DNA from: a virus
Reading direction: 5' to 3' (one strand)
IMG/VR virus record: IMGVR_UViG_3300045988_076321
DNA: 36,548 bases
Below the pieces are notes generated by a model, which worked only from the letters and a program-made list of their open reading frames with translations, was not told where the DNA came from and searched no databases. Position numbers and translations under genes: made by a program. How positions within the stretch are numbered: position 1 is the first letter of the stretch; each line of letters opens with the position of its first letter. Below, in pieces: positions 23,811 through 31,449 of the stretch.

Positions 23811-24043
23811 CCCCCAGAGCAAGGCAACGGCGAACGCGCCGGAGAATCCGCAACGCGGCCGGTCTTCTTTCCCTGGTGGCCTTCCTGGCGCTTCTGGGAA
23901 GCGTCGGAGCCGTCGAACAGGACCTGGTCCCCCTTCTCCCTGGCACGATCCGAATGTTCGGCTTCCTTCTGATCTGGGCCGGCCTTCTGGCCGTCGCCGG
24001 AGCCTTCGACACCACCGAAGGAAGGAGGGAACGGAGAAGATGA
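23807..24043 (+). CDS. Small membrane protein (two TM segments, Arg-rich termini)
   Basis: The ATG overlaps the upstream stop (atga), with RBS aaggaggg. TM segments are AAGLLSLVAFLALLGSVGAV and MFGFLLIWAGLLAVAGAF. Confidence 0.5.
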   Translation: MTPRARQRRTRRRIRNAAGLLSLVAFLALLGSVGAVEQDLVPLLPGTIRMFGFLLIWAGLLAVAGAFDTTEGRRERRR

Positions 24044-24198
24044 AGTACACGGCGACCCTGTCGCCCGTTCAGGTCGGACAGGCCGTGAAGGCCCTGGTCC
24101 TTCTGGGCGAAAAGAAGATCACGATCGAAGAAACAGAAAAGGACCGTTTCGTCGTCACCACAACAACCGAAACGGCCCATTCCAAAAAGGTTAAGTGA
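24040..24198 (+). CDS. Hypothetical small protein (52 aa)
   Basis: The ATG overlaps the upstream stop (atga), with RBS ggaaggaggg 10-19 nt upstream. It is below the size cut-off of the ORF track, so I translated it by hand (MKYTATLSPVQVGQAVKALVLLGEKKITIEETEK...). Confidence 0.45.
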   Translation: MKYTATLSPVQVGQAVKALVLLGEKKITIEETEKDRFVVTTTTETAHSKKVK

Positions 24199-24226
24199 AT
24201 CATATCACGGAAAGGAACGGTTTTCA

Positions 24227-24544
24227 ATGCCTAAATTGAATTTTTATGATACGGACGCCGTGAAGGCGTTTCTGCTGAACACCCTGGTCGAGAACAAGGA
24301 AGTCCGCGAAGACGTCGACTTCGAGCGCCGGCAGTCCCAGACCTGGTTCACCCAGTACCAGGCCCAGAAGGGGCGCGCCGAAGCCGCTGAAGCGAAGATC
24401 GCCGCCGCGGTGTCCGTTCTGACCACCCCCATGCCCGCGCGTTCCACCGGCACCGTCACCGCCGAAGACGTCAACCAGGTGATCGCCGACGCCCTGGCCC
24501 TTCTGACTGGGAGCCTGAAGACGGAAGGGGGCGCCGCGAAATGA
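24227..24544 (+). CDS. Hypothetical protein
   Basis: 105-aa ORF with RBS gaaaggaacgg, translationally coupled to the next gene (atga). Confidence 0.55.
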   Translation: MPKLNFYDTDAVKAFLLNTLVENKEVREDVDFERRQSQTWFTQYQAQKGRAEAAEAKIAAAVSVLTTPMPARSTGTVTAEDVNQVIADALALLTGSLKTEGGAAK

Positions 24545-25035
24545 CGAACACCCTGTACGAGATCAGCGCCGACTTCCTGGCCGCCCTGGACGCGATGGAG
24601 GTCGACCCCGACACCGGCGAACTGCTGAACGCCGACCAGCTTGACGCCCTTTCCGCCGCCTTCGACGAAAAGGCCGAAGCGACCGCCCTTTACATCAAGA
24701 ACCTGACCGCCTTTGTCGGCGACGTGAAGGCGGAGGAAGCCGCCCTGGCGGAGCGCCGCAAGACCGCCGAAAAGCGCGTCGAGCGCCTGAAGGACCTTCT
24801 GGCGTCCTCCATGCTGTCCGTCGGCCGCGACAAGGTCGAAACGGCCAGGACGAAGATCGGCTTCCGCAAGTCCACCCAGGTTCAGATTGACGACGAAGGC
24901 GCCCTTCCCCCTGACTTCGTGACGACCACCGTCACCACGAAGCCGGACAAAACGGCAATCAAGAAGGCAATCCAGGCCGGACAGGCCGTCGCCGGCGCTG
25001 TCCTGGTCGAGAATCAGAACCTTCAGATCAAGTAA
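24541..25035 (+). CDS. Siphovirus Gp157-family protein
   Basis: 164 aa. LYEISADFLAALDAME...FDEKAEATALYIKNLTAFVGDVKAEEAALAERRKTAEKRVERLKDLL...KPDKTAIKKAIQAGQAVAGAVLVENQNLQIK follows the Gp157 pattern closely. Confidence 0.8.
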   Translation: MTNTLYEISADFLAALDAMEVDPDTGELLNADQLDALSAAFDEKAEATALYIKNLTAFVGDVKAEEAALAERRKTAEKRVERLKDLLASSMLSVGRDKVETARTKIGFRKSTQVQIDDEGALPPDFVTTTVTTKPDKTAIKKAIQAGQAVAGAVLVENQNLQIK

Positions 25036-25047
25036 GGAGGAATCAGC

Positions 25048-25851
25048 GTGAAGGACTTCAACATTCCCCTTCTGACGGCTGAAGACATCGACTGTCGCGT
25101 CCAGTCCGTCAGCAAGGCGAAGAACGGCACGGTCGGCGCGGTCCTTCTTCTCTACAAGGACGCCCGTGTCGATATGCGAATCCTGGACCAGGTCTTCGGG
25201 CCTGGTAACTGGCAGAGAACCCACGAACTGATCAACGGGAACCTGTTCTGTACGATCGAAATCTGGGACGACGAAAAGGCGGCTTGGGTGAAGAAACAGG
25301 ACGTCGGCGTCGAGAGCAACACGGAGAAAGAAAAGGGACAGGCGTCCGACGCCTTCAAACGCGCCGGCTTCAACGTCGGGATCGGCCGCGAACTGTATTC
25401 CGCCCCTTTCACCTATGTCGAACTGAACGACGGTGAATGGAAGGTCGAAAAGGTCCAGGGCCGCGACGTGTATCGAACCTATCCGAACGTCAAGTTCTCC
25501 GTCACGAAGATCGGCTACAACGACCGCCGCGAGATCGTGGACCTGACGATCGTCGACCGCTTCGGGAACGTCCGCTTCCTGTGCGAAGGCGGCGTTCAGA
25601 AGAAGGCAAACCAGAGCGGCCAGGGAAGCCGCCAGAACGCGCAGAGCGGCCGACAGGCACAGACACAGTCCCAGACAACGCAAGCGCCCCAGACGTCCCA
25701 GAGAGCGCCCCAGGGCGGCCAGACAACCACGATCCCCGCCGGCGGTGCCGTCTGTCCCGTGTGCGGTGGCCCGATCAGCGACGCCGAGCGCGACTATTCC
25801 CTTCGCAAGTACGGCCGCGAACTGTGCCGCAAGTGCCAGCGCAACGCGTGA
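25048..25851 (+). CDS. Rad52/Sak-type single-strand annealing protein with a C-terminal Cys4 zinc ribbon
   Basis: GTG start after RBS aaggagg. ...EKEKGQASDAFKRAGFNVGIGRELY... is the Rad52/22 signature. A Q-rich linker is followed by CPVCGG...CRKC. Confidence 0.75.
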   Translation: MKDFNIPLLTAEDIDCRVQSVSKAKNGTVGAVLLLYKDARVDMRILDQVFGPGNWQRTHELINGNLFCTIEIWDDEKAAWVKKQDVGVESNTEKEKGQASDAFKRAGFNVGIGRELYSAPFTYVELNDGEWKVEKVQGRDVYRTYPNVKFSVTKIGYNDRREIVDLTIVDRFGNVRFLCEGGVQKKANQSGQGSRQNAQSGRQAQTQSQTTQAPQTSQRAPQGGQTTTIPAGGAVCPVCGGPISDAERDYSLRKYGRELCRKCQRNA

Positions 25852-25866
25852 AAGGTGGTGTAGACA

Positions 25867-26631
25867 ATGCCAAGCCGTATCATTAAGGAAACGATCATCA
25901 TCAGCGAGTCTTTGACCGCGATCAGCGCCGAAGCCGAACGGTTCTTCTGGCGCCTGGTCGTGAAGGCCGACGACTTCGGCCTGTACTATGGCGACCCCCG
26001 TATTCTGGCTTCCCTGTGCTTCCCCCAGAAGCCCCCTTCCGAACAGAAAATCCGGTCCTGGCTGAACGAACTGGTTCGGGAAGACATGGTGGGAACTTAC
26101 ACGGCCCCCGAAGACGGGAAGAAGTACCTGAAACTTCTGAACTGGGGCAAATGCCAACAGACCAGGGCGAAGTCCAGCAAATACCCTGAACCGTCTTCGT
26201 TTGATAGCAAATGCAAACAGGCGAACGGAAATCAAATGCTTGCAAATGTCCCCGTAAACGTAAACGAGAACGGAAACGGAAACGATAACGAAAACGAGAA
26301 GCGCGCCCATTCGGGGCGCGGGGCGGCGGACGGTTTTGACCGGTTCTGGGCTTCCTATCCCCGACGCGTCGGGAAGAAGGACGCCGTGGCCGTCTGGAAG
26401 AAGATCAGTCCTGACGACGCCCTGGTCGACCGGATCGTGGCCGGCGTGGAACGCTGGAAGCGGTCCGAACAATGGACGAAGGACGAAGGTCGCTTCATTC
26501 CCTACCCCGCGACCTTCCTTCGCGGCGAACGCTGGAACGAGTCCGACGGCGTGAAGCCGGCCGCCGTTCCGCCGGCGGCGAAGGACTACGGCGACGGGGA
26601 CGACTTCCTGGGCGGTGACGACCATGAATGA
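25867..26631 (+). CDS. Replication initiation/replisome-organizer-like protein
   Basis: 254-aa ORF preceding the DnaC-like loader. The C-terminal FDRFWASYPRRVGKKDAVAVWKKI...RWKRSEQWTKDEGRFIPYPATFLRGERWNE motif is common in phage replication proteins. The two domains are separated by an N/E/G hexamer-repeat linker. Confidence 0.55.
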   Translation: MPSRIIKETIIISESLTAISAEAERFFWRLVVKADDFGLYYGDPRILASLCFPQKPPSEQKIRSWLNELVREDMVGTYTAPEDGKKYLKLLNWGKCQQTRAKSSKYPEPSSFDSKCKQANGNQMLANVPVNVNENGNGNDNENEKRAHSGRGAADGFDRFWASYPRRVGKKDAVAVWKKISPDDALVDRIVAGVERWKRSEQWTKDEGRFIPYPATFLRGERWNESDGVKPAAVPPAAKDYGDGDDFLGGDDHE

Positions 26632-27478
26632 CTTCACCGACGTCCTGGAAACCATCGCCCAGAACGCCAGACGCGGCCATGAGCGCGCCGGCGACTACCA
26701 CGGCGAAGACGGTCTTCTGTATTGTGGCCGGTGCCGCACCAGGAAGGAACACCGCCTGGAACTGGACACCGACCCGCCGAAAGTGGTCACGGTGCCGGTC
26801 ATGTGCAAGTGCGAGGAAGAGCGCCAGGAAGCCCAGCGCAAGGAAGAAGAGCGGATCAAGTTCCGCCAGGACTGCGAACGGCTTCGCCGCGACGGGATCA
26901 CAGACCCGTCCTATTTGGTCAACACCTTCGCCCAGGACGACAACCGGAACCCCGCCGTTTCGGACGTGTGCCGGAAGTACGTCGACCATTGGGAGGAAAT
27001 GAAGGCCGACAACATCGGAATCCTGTTCTATGGCGGCGTCGGGACTGGAAAGTCCTTCCTGGCCTGTTGTATCGCGAACGCCCTGATCGACCGCTGTGTG
27101 AAGGCCAGCGTGACGAACTTCCCCCGCATTATGAACCGCCTTCAGGGATTCGGAGAGGACAAACAAGGCTTCCTGGACAAGCTGAACCGCTATGACTGCC
27201 TGGTGATCGACGACCTGGGCGTCGAGCGGGACACGTCCTATTCCGTCGAGCAGATTTACAACGTCGTCGACGCCAGGTCCCGTTCAGGGAAGCCCCTGAT
27301 CGTGACGACGAACCTGTCCCTGGACGACCTTCGGAACCCGTCGTCTATGGGCTACGCCCGTATTTATGACCGCGTCCTGGAAATGTGTCCGATCAAGTTG
27401 AAACTGGCCGGCGACTCCCGAAGGACTGTCAACGCGGCCGCGCGCCGCGACAGGGCGAAGGAAATCCTGGGAATGTGA
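26624..27478 (+). CDS. DnaC/IstB-like AAA+ helicase loader
   Basis: Walker A GILFYGGVGTGKSFLACCIANAL and Walker B CLVIDDLGVE. The N-terminus has CxxC...C.C. The start is ATG 26624 (overlapping the upstream stop) or GTG 26615. Confidence 0.85.
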   Translation: MNDFTDVLETIAQNARRGHERAGDYHGEDGLLYCGRCRTRKEHRLELDTDPPKVVTVPVMCKCEEERQEAQRKEEERIKFRQDCERLRRDGITDPSYLVNTFAQDDNRNPAVSDVCRKYVDHWEEMKADNIGILFYGGVGTGKSFLACCIANALIDRCVKASVTNFPRIMNRLQGFGEDKQGFLDKLNRYDCLVIDDLGVERDTSYSVEQIYNVVDARSRSGKPLIVTTNLSLDDLRNPSSMGYARIYDRVLEMCPIKLKLAGDSRRTVNAAARRDRAKEILGM

Positions 27479-27491
27479 AGGAGGGCCGCAA

Positions 27492-27896
27492 GTGGAAACC
27501 TGGAAAGTGACGATCCCTGGCCTTTTACCTGGCCTGAATGAGTACATAGACGCGGAACGCGCCGTCAAGGGCAAGTACAAGGCCGCCGCCATGAAGAAAC
27601 AGGCCGAAAATGTGATCGGCTTCATGGTGAAGACCCAGCTTCGCGGTGTCCGCTTCGACCGGCCGGTGATCATTCATTACCGCTGGATCGAGCCGAACCG
27701 CCGCCGCGACAAGGACAACGTCGCCTTCGCGAAGAAGTTCATTCAGGACAGCCTGGTCCACGCCGGCGTCCTGGTGAACGACGGCTGGAACCAGATCGAG
27801 GGCTTCACGGACGACTTCGCCGTGGACCCGAAGAACCCCCGCGTGGAAGTGACTATCGAGATATTCGAAGGAGGAAAACGACATGGCAAATATTAA
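27492..27896 (+). CDS. rusA: RusA-family Holliday junction resolvase
   Basis: 134 aa with a GTG start. ...LPGLNEYI...RRRDKDNVAFAKKFIQDSLVHAGVLVNDGW... shows the RusA catalytic Asp pattern. Confidence 0.75.
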   Translation: METWKVTIPGLLPGLNEYIDAERAVKGKYKAAAMKKQAENVIGFMVKTQLRGVRFDRPVIIHYRWIEPNRRRDKDNVAFAKKFIQDSLVHAGVLVNDGWNQIEGFTDDFAVDPKNPRVEVTIEIFEGGKRHGKY

Positions 27897-28479
27897 GACT
27901 TTGAAGGACCTGACCCCTGGGACCGTCTTCGACGCCGGCCCGATCGACGTCCGCGTCCTGGATCACATGACCAACGGGACGACCCTTCTGATCGCCGACA
28001 AGGCGGTCGCGTGGCGTCCCTTCTCCCTGGAACCCCTGAAGACCCGTCCGGAGGAAGCGCCTACCCCTTACCCGAACGACTTCAGCCTGTCCTATCTGAA
28101 GGACGAACTGAACGGTCCCTTCCTGGCGGCCTTCGACACCGCCGGCGGCCCGATCCGTTCCGCGAACATCGTGGAAGCGAACTGGTCCCTGGCAGATCAC
28201 CGCGGCGGCTTCGGCTACGGCAACACGAAGGCGAAGATCAGCCTTCTTCCCGAAGCCCTGTTCCTGAAGTACAAGTCCCTTCTGGCCCTGGACGACTGGT
28301 GGTGGCTTGCGACCCCGTACGCCGGCCACGCGCGCATCGCGCGCACTGTCATCACGGACGGCAGTCTGTACGGCTACTACGCGTACCTCGGCTACCGCGG
28401 CGTCCGGCCGGCTTTCTTCGCGGAATCTGGAATCATTCTGGAATCCGACGGCGGCGAAGCGGTGGAAGCCCATGAATAA
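27883..28479 (+). CDS. DGR target protein 2: stand-alone variable ligand-binding domain protein (remote target)
   Basis: 198-aa ORF overlapping the rusA end by 14 nt. Its C-terminal part carries VR2 (DDWWWLATPYAGHARIARTVITDGSLYGYYAYLGYRGVRPAFFAES). The fold signature (W..L..P...GVRPA) is shared with target 1. No N-terminal signal or TM segment is visible. Confidence 0.9.
   Translation: MANIKTLKDLTPGTVFDAGPIDVRVLDHMTNGTTLLIADKAVAWRPFSLEPLKTRPEEAPTPYPNDFSLSYLKDELNGPFLAAFDTAGGPIRSANIVEANWSLADHRGGFGYGNTKAKISLLPEALFLKYKSLLALDDWWWLATPYAGHARIARTVITDGSLYGYYAYLGYRGVRPAFFAESGIILESDGGEAVEAHE
28312..28415 (+). repeat. DGR variable repeat 2 (VR2)
   Basis: Hand alignment to TR 15605-15708 shows 18 mismatches, all at TR adenines. 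The first non-A mismatch (G vs C) is at 28416 and marks the repeat boundary. Confidence 0.95.
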
Positions 28480-28726
28480 TCCCGCGACGACCCGCGAGTG
28501 GATCGGCCGGCGGCGCCTTCGGGCGTCCGTCGACCGGACCCTGGGCGTGAAGGTGCCGAAGGTGGTCTTCGACGAAGCGGAAGCATACGCCAGACGGAAG
28601 ATGGCCTTCCAGAACGAAGTCCTGGGCCTGGACCGCGGCGACGAATACTTGGAACTTCTGATCCCCGACGTGATCCGCGAAATGGTCCTGGCGGCCAGGT
28701 ATGACGGAAGGAGGGCGACGGCGTGA
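28472..28726 (+). CDS. Hypothetical protein
   Basis: 84-aa ORF. Its ATG overlaps the end of target 2, and its stop overlaps the methyltransferase GTG (gtga). Confidence 0.5.
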   Translation: MNNPATTREWIGRRRLRASVDRTLGVKVPKVVFDEAEAYARRKMAFQNEVLGLDRGDEYLELLIPDVIREMVLAARYDGRRATA

Positions 28727-30039
28727 AATTACTGATCGGCGGTTCGCCGTGTACGCATTGGAGTATAGCCCAGACGAAGCACAGAGAAACGGAGCCTTCC
28801 GGCCTGGGCTGGGAATTGTTCCTGAACTATCTGATCGCAAGGGAAAAATATCGTCCGGACTATTTCCTGTATGAAAACAACAAGTCTATGTCGCCGGCGA
28901 TCAGGGCGCAGATCACCCGCGAACTGGGTGTCGAACCGATCCTGATCAATTCGGCCCTTGTCAGCGCCCAGAGTCGACAGCGGCTATACTGGACGAATAT
29001 TCCTGGCGTGGAGCAACCGGAGGATCGCGGAATCCTGGTCCGCGACATACTGGAAAGCGGTGTCTGCTGGAAAGATAAGGCGTACACGCTGAAAGCGTCA
29101 GCGGGCCACCAGAACGGCCCTTCGAACATTATCCGGAGCATTGAAACCAACGGCCATTTCTCCGCAAATGGCGTGGCGGAACCCGTCAACATCACCGCAG
29201 ACGGGAAGGCGCAATGTTTACGGGCTACTTATTACAAGGACGGGATTCGAAATCTTGTCGGGAACACGATTGACCGGAAGACCTGTGTCGCCGTCCGTGT
29301 CGGTGATATGCCAAACGCCGAAGGCGAAATCATCGGGAGCCAGAGCAAGCGCGTTTACAGCGTCGACGGAAAGTCTGTTCCGTTACAGGCACGGCCGAAC
29401 GGCGGCGGAGCGGACGGAGCGGCGACCGGCCTATATGCGGTTCCGACCGGTATCGCATGGCGGGGCCGTGACGGTTCTTCTTCCTACGAAGCCCGAAGCG
29501 ATCAGAAGACGAACGCCGTGACGGCGGACGGCCACCAAAGCCGCATGGTGATTATAGCCGCTGGCGGAAAGGCACACCCCGTCTATTCCGTCACGGACGG
29601 ATTTATCGAAATCAAGGGGAAGAAGTACCCGATCCGGCTTCCGGACGGCCTGTATATTATCCGCAAACTGACCGTCAACGAATGCAAACGCCTTCAAACG
29701 GTTCCGGAATGGTATCGCTTCAGCGTAAGTCAGACCCAGGCCTACAAAATGTTGGGGAACGGCTGGACGGTGGACGTGATCAGCCATATTTTATCCTATT
29801 GCCCAGGCCTGACGGAAACGCCGACCGAAGTATTTTCCATGTATGACGGAATGTCGTGCGGGCGACTGGCCCTTCTGAAGCTGGGTGTGAATATCACAAA
29901 TTACTATGCGACGGAGATCGACAAATACGCGATCGCAACCACACAGGAAAATTTCCCCGATACGGTCCAGTTAGGGGACGCCTTCCAGGTTCGGGAAGAC
30001 GGTTGGACACTTCAGAAAGGCGGTGCAATCAATGAGTGA
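28723..30039 (+). CDS. DNA (cytosine-5) methyltransferase with apparently permuted motif order (IV-X followed by I-III)
   Basis: 438 aa with RBS ggaaggaggg. The motifs, read in order, are as follows:
- IV: LIGGSPCTHWS
- VI: FLYENNKS
- VIII: SAQSRQRLYW
- IX: RKLTVNECKRLQTVPEWY
- X: YKMLGNGWTVDVI
- I: VFSMYDGMSCGRLAL
- II: YYATEIDKYA
- III: QLGDAFQV. Confidence 0.75.
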   Translation: MKLLIGGSPCTHWSIAQTKHRETEPSGLGWELFLNYLIAREKYRPDYFLYENNKSMSPAIRAQITRELGVEPILINSALVSAQSRQRLYWTNIPGVEQPEDRGILVRDILESGVCWKDKAYTLKASAGHQNGPSNIIRSIETNGHFSANGVAEPVNITADGKAQCLRATYYKDGIRNLVGNTIDRKTCVAVRVGDMPNAEGEIIGSQSKRVYSVDGKSVPLQARPNGGGADGAATGLYAVPTGIAWRGRDGSSSYEARSDQKTNAVTADGHQSRMVIIAAGGKAHPVYSVTDGFIEIKGKKYPIRLPDGLYIIRKLTVNECKRLQTVPEWYRFSVSQTQAYKMLGNGWTVDVISHILSYCPGLTETPTEVFSMYDGMSCGRLALLKLGVNITNYYATEIDKYAIATTQENFPDTVQLGDAFQVREDGWTLQKGGAINE

Positions 30040-30442
30040 AGGCATTTTCGGCAAGAACGCGGACCTGGCCCAGCGGCTGAAGGACCGGATCGCGTTCCAC
30101 GCCAACGAACACCGGCACACCTACGAGATCGGGAAGGGCGTCATGGACCCCCTGGTCCTGGACATTCTGGCCGACTTCCGTGACGCCGGCGGCGTGATCC
30201 TCCCCGTAAAGCCGAACGGGACCGTCTGGCTGATCCGGCGCCGCCACGTCGTGTCGGCGACCGTCATGTTCGTCGGAGCGGGAGCGGACGGCCTGACGTC
30301 CTTCAGCGTCCTTCGCGGACGCCTTGGGACGACGGCCTGGTCGTCCGAGCAGTTCACCGAACACGACATCGGGAAGACGGTCTTCCTGACGAAGGAAGCG
30401 GCCGAAGCGGCCCTGGAAGGCGGCGGAGCATGGCAACAGTAA
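30023..30442 (+). CDS. Hypothetical protein
   Basis: 139-aa ORF in the early operon, with the start at ATG 30023 or 30032. Confidence 0.5.
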   Translation: MQSMSEGIFGKNADLAQRLKDRIAFHANEHRHTYEIGKGVMDPLVLDILADFRDAGGVILPVKPNGTVWLIRRRHVVSATVMFVGAGADGLTSFSVLRGRLGTTAWSSEQFTEHDIGKTVFLTKEAAEAALEGGGAWQQ

Positions 30443-30852
30443 AGGACCTTGCCGCGTATGTCTGCGACAAACTGGCCGGAAAAGTCCTGATTCATAGATA
30501 TGACGCCTATTCCACGAACAGCGTCTACTTGAAGTTCGACTACGGCCTGGGGAACAGTCTTCGCCTTTCTGACCATACAGGGAAAGCCGGTCTGAACTAC
30601 CGTTTCAATATCATCACGACCCTGAAGAGCCTGGGAATAGAAACGTCCGGAGAATACCCCCGCTTTTATTATCCGCCCGACATGGTGGACAAGGCGATCG
30701 CCGACATCGTGAAGGGCGTCACAGAAAAACGCGGCCGGTATCACGACTACGGAAAGGCCCTGGAAACCGCACGGGCCAGAACGAAGGGCAAACGTGGCTT
30801 CTGGGAGCAAGCCCGACTTGTGAAAGGCGGTGAAGACCATGACGTTCCTTGA
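30430..30852 (+). CDS. Hypothetical protein
   Basis: 140-aa ORF overlapping both neighbours, with consistent codon style. Confidence 0.5.
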   Translation: MATVKDLAAYVCDKLAGKVLIHRYDAYSTNSVYLKFDYGLGNSLRLSDHTGKAGLNYRFNIITTLKSLGIETSGEYPRFYYPPDMVDKAIADIVKGVTEKRGRYHDYGKALETARARTKGKRGFWEQARLVKGGEDHDVP

Positions 30853-31018
30853 AGAAGTCCGCCGGAAGGTCGAGAAGGAAGAAAAGGCGTGTGCGACGTG
30901 TGGGAACCTGGTCCGCATAGGCGGGACGCTGATCGGCTGTGTCGCCCATGACAAACTGATCCTTCCGAACTATCCGCCCTACTTCGGACAAAAGCCGTGT
31001 CCGGACTGGAAGCCCTGA
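30839..31018 (+). CDS. Small Cys-rich protein
   Basis: 59-62 aa (ATG 30839 or GTG 30830). Contains CATCG...C...CPDW. Confidence 0.45.
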   Translation: MTFLEEVRRKVEKEEKACATCGNLVRIGGTLIGCVAHDKLILPNYPPYFGQKPCPDWKP

Positions 31019-31025
31019 TCCTGGA

Positions 31026-31214
31026 ATGGCCCAGAAGAAGCGCCAGGGCGTCCCGCTGGCGATCCAGTATTCCATATTTGAAGGCGGCGACGTCTTCGTC
31101 TGCCCCTTCTGCTGTGCCGACCTTGCACGGACCGAAGCCGGAATCCCGCGCAAGTGTCCGGAGTGCGGACAACCCATAGAAAGGAAGCAAAGCCATGATC
31201 GGAAGAAGGCGTAA
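31026..31214 (+). CDS. Small zinc-ribbon protein
   Basis: 62 aa with CPFCC...CPEC. Confidence 0.5.
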   Translation: MAQKKRQGVPLAIQYSIFEGGDVFVCPFCCADLARTEAGIPRKCPECGQPIERKQSHDRKKA

Positions 31215-31449
31215 GAACTTGCCGAAGTGGCGCTACGACTTCAACTGTCGGAAGTGCGACAATATCCAGTTCATCGACGACCCCGCGCGCGGCCGCCTGG
31301 GCGACTACTGCGTGGCGTGTGTGGAAGCCTTCGACCAGGGACGGCCGAACCCGATCCACGCCGACGACGACCGCGTCGTCCGGTGCGATTGCTTTCGGCC
31401 GATCCCCGAACCTGAAGAGGAAGAACAGAAAGAAGGTGAACCCACATGA
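31195..31449 (+). CDS. Small zinc-ribbon protein
   Basis: 84 aa with CRKC...CVAC plus CDC, and an acidic tail. Confidence 0.5.
   Translation: MIGRRRKNLPKWRYDFNCRKCDNIQFIDDPARGRLGDYCVACVEAFDQGRPNPIHADDDRVVRCDCFRPIPEPEEEEQKEGEPT

Noticed and set aside
25600-25740. Q/S/G/T-rich low-complexity stretch (QSGQGSRQNAQSGRQAQTQSQTTQAPQTSQRAPQGGQ) in the Rad52-like gene, considered as a nucleotide repeat element.
   Set aside because: There is no exact nucleotide periodicity. It behaves as a disordered protein linker between the annealing domain and the zinc ribbon.
24244-26655. 803-aa minus-strand ORF, the longest in the window.
   Set aside because: It is antisense to five + strand early genes with clear family signatures (Gp157, Rad52-like, replication protein). 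It has no RBS and its composition is shadow-like.
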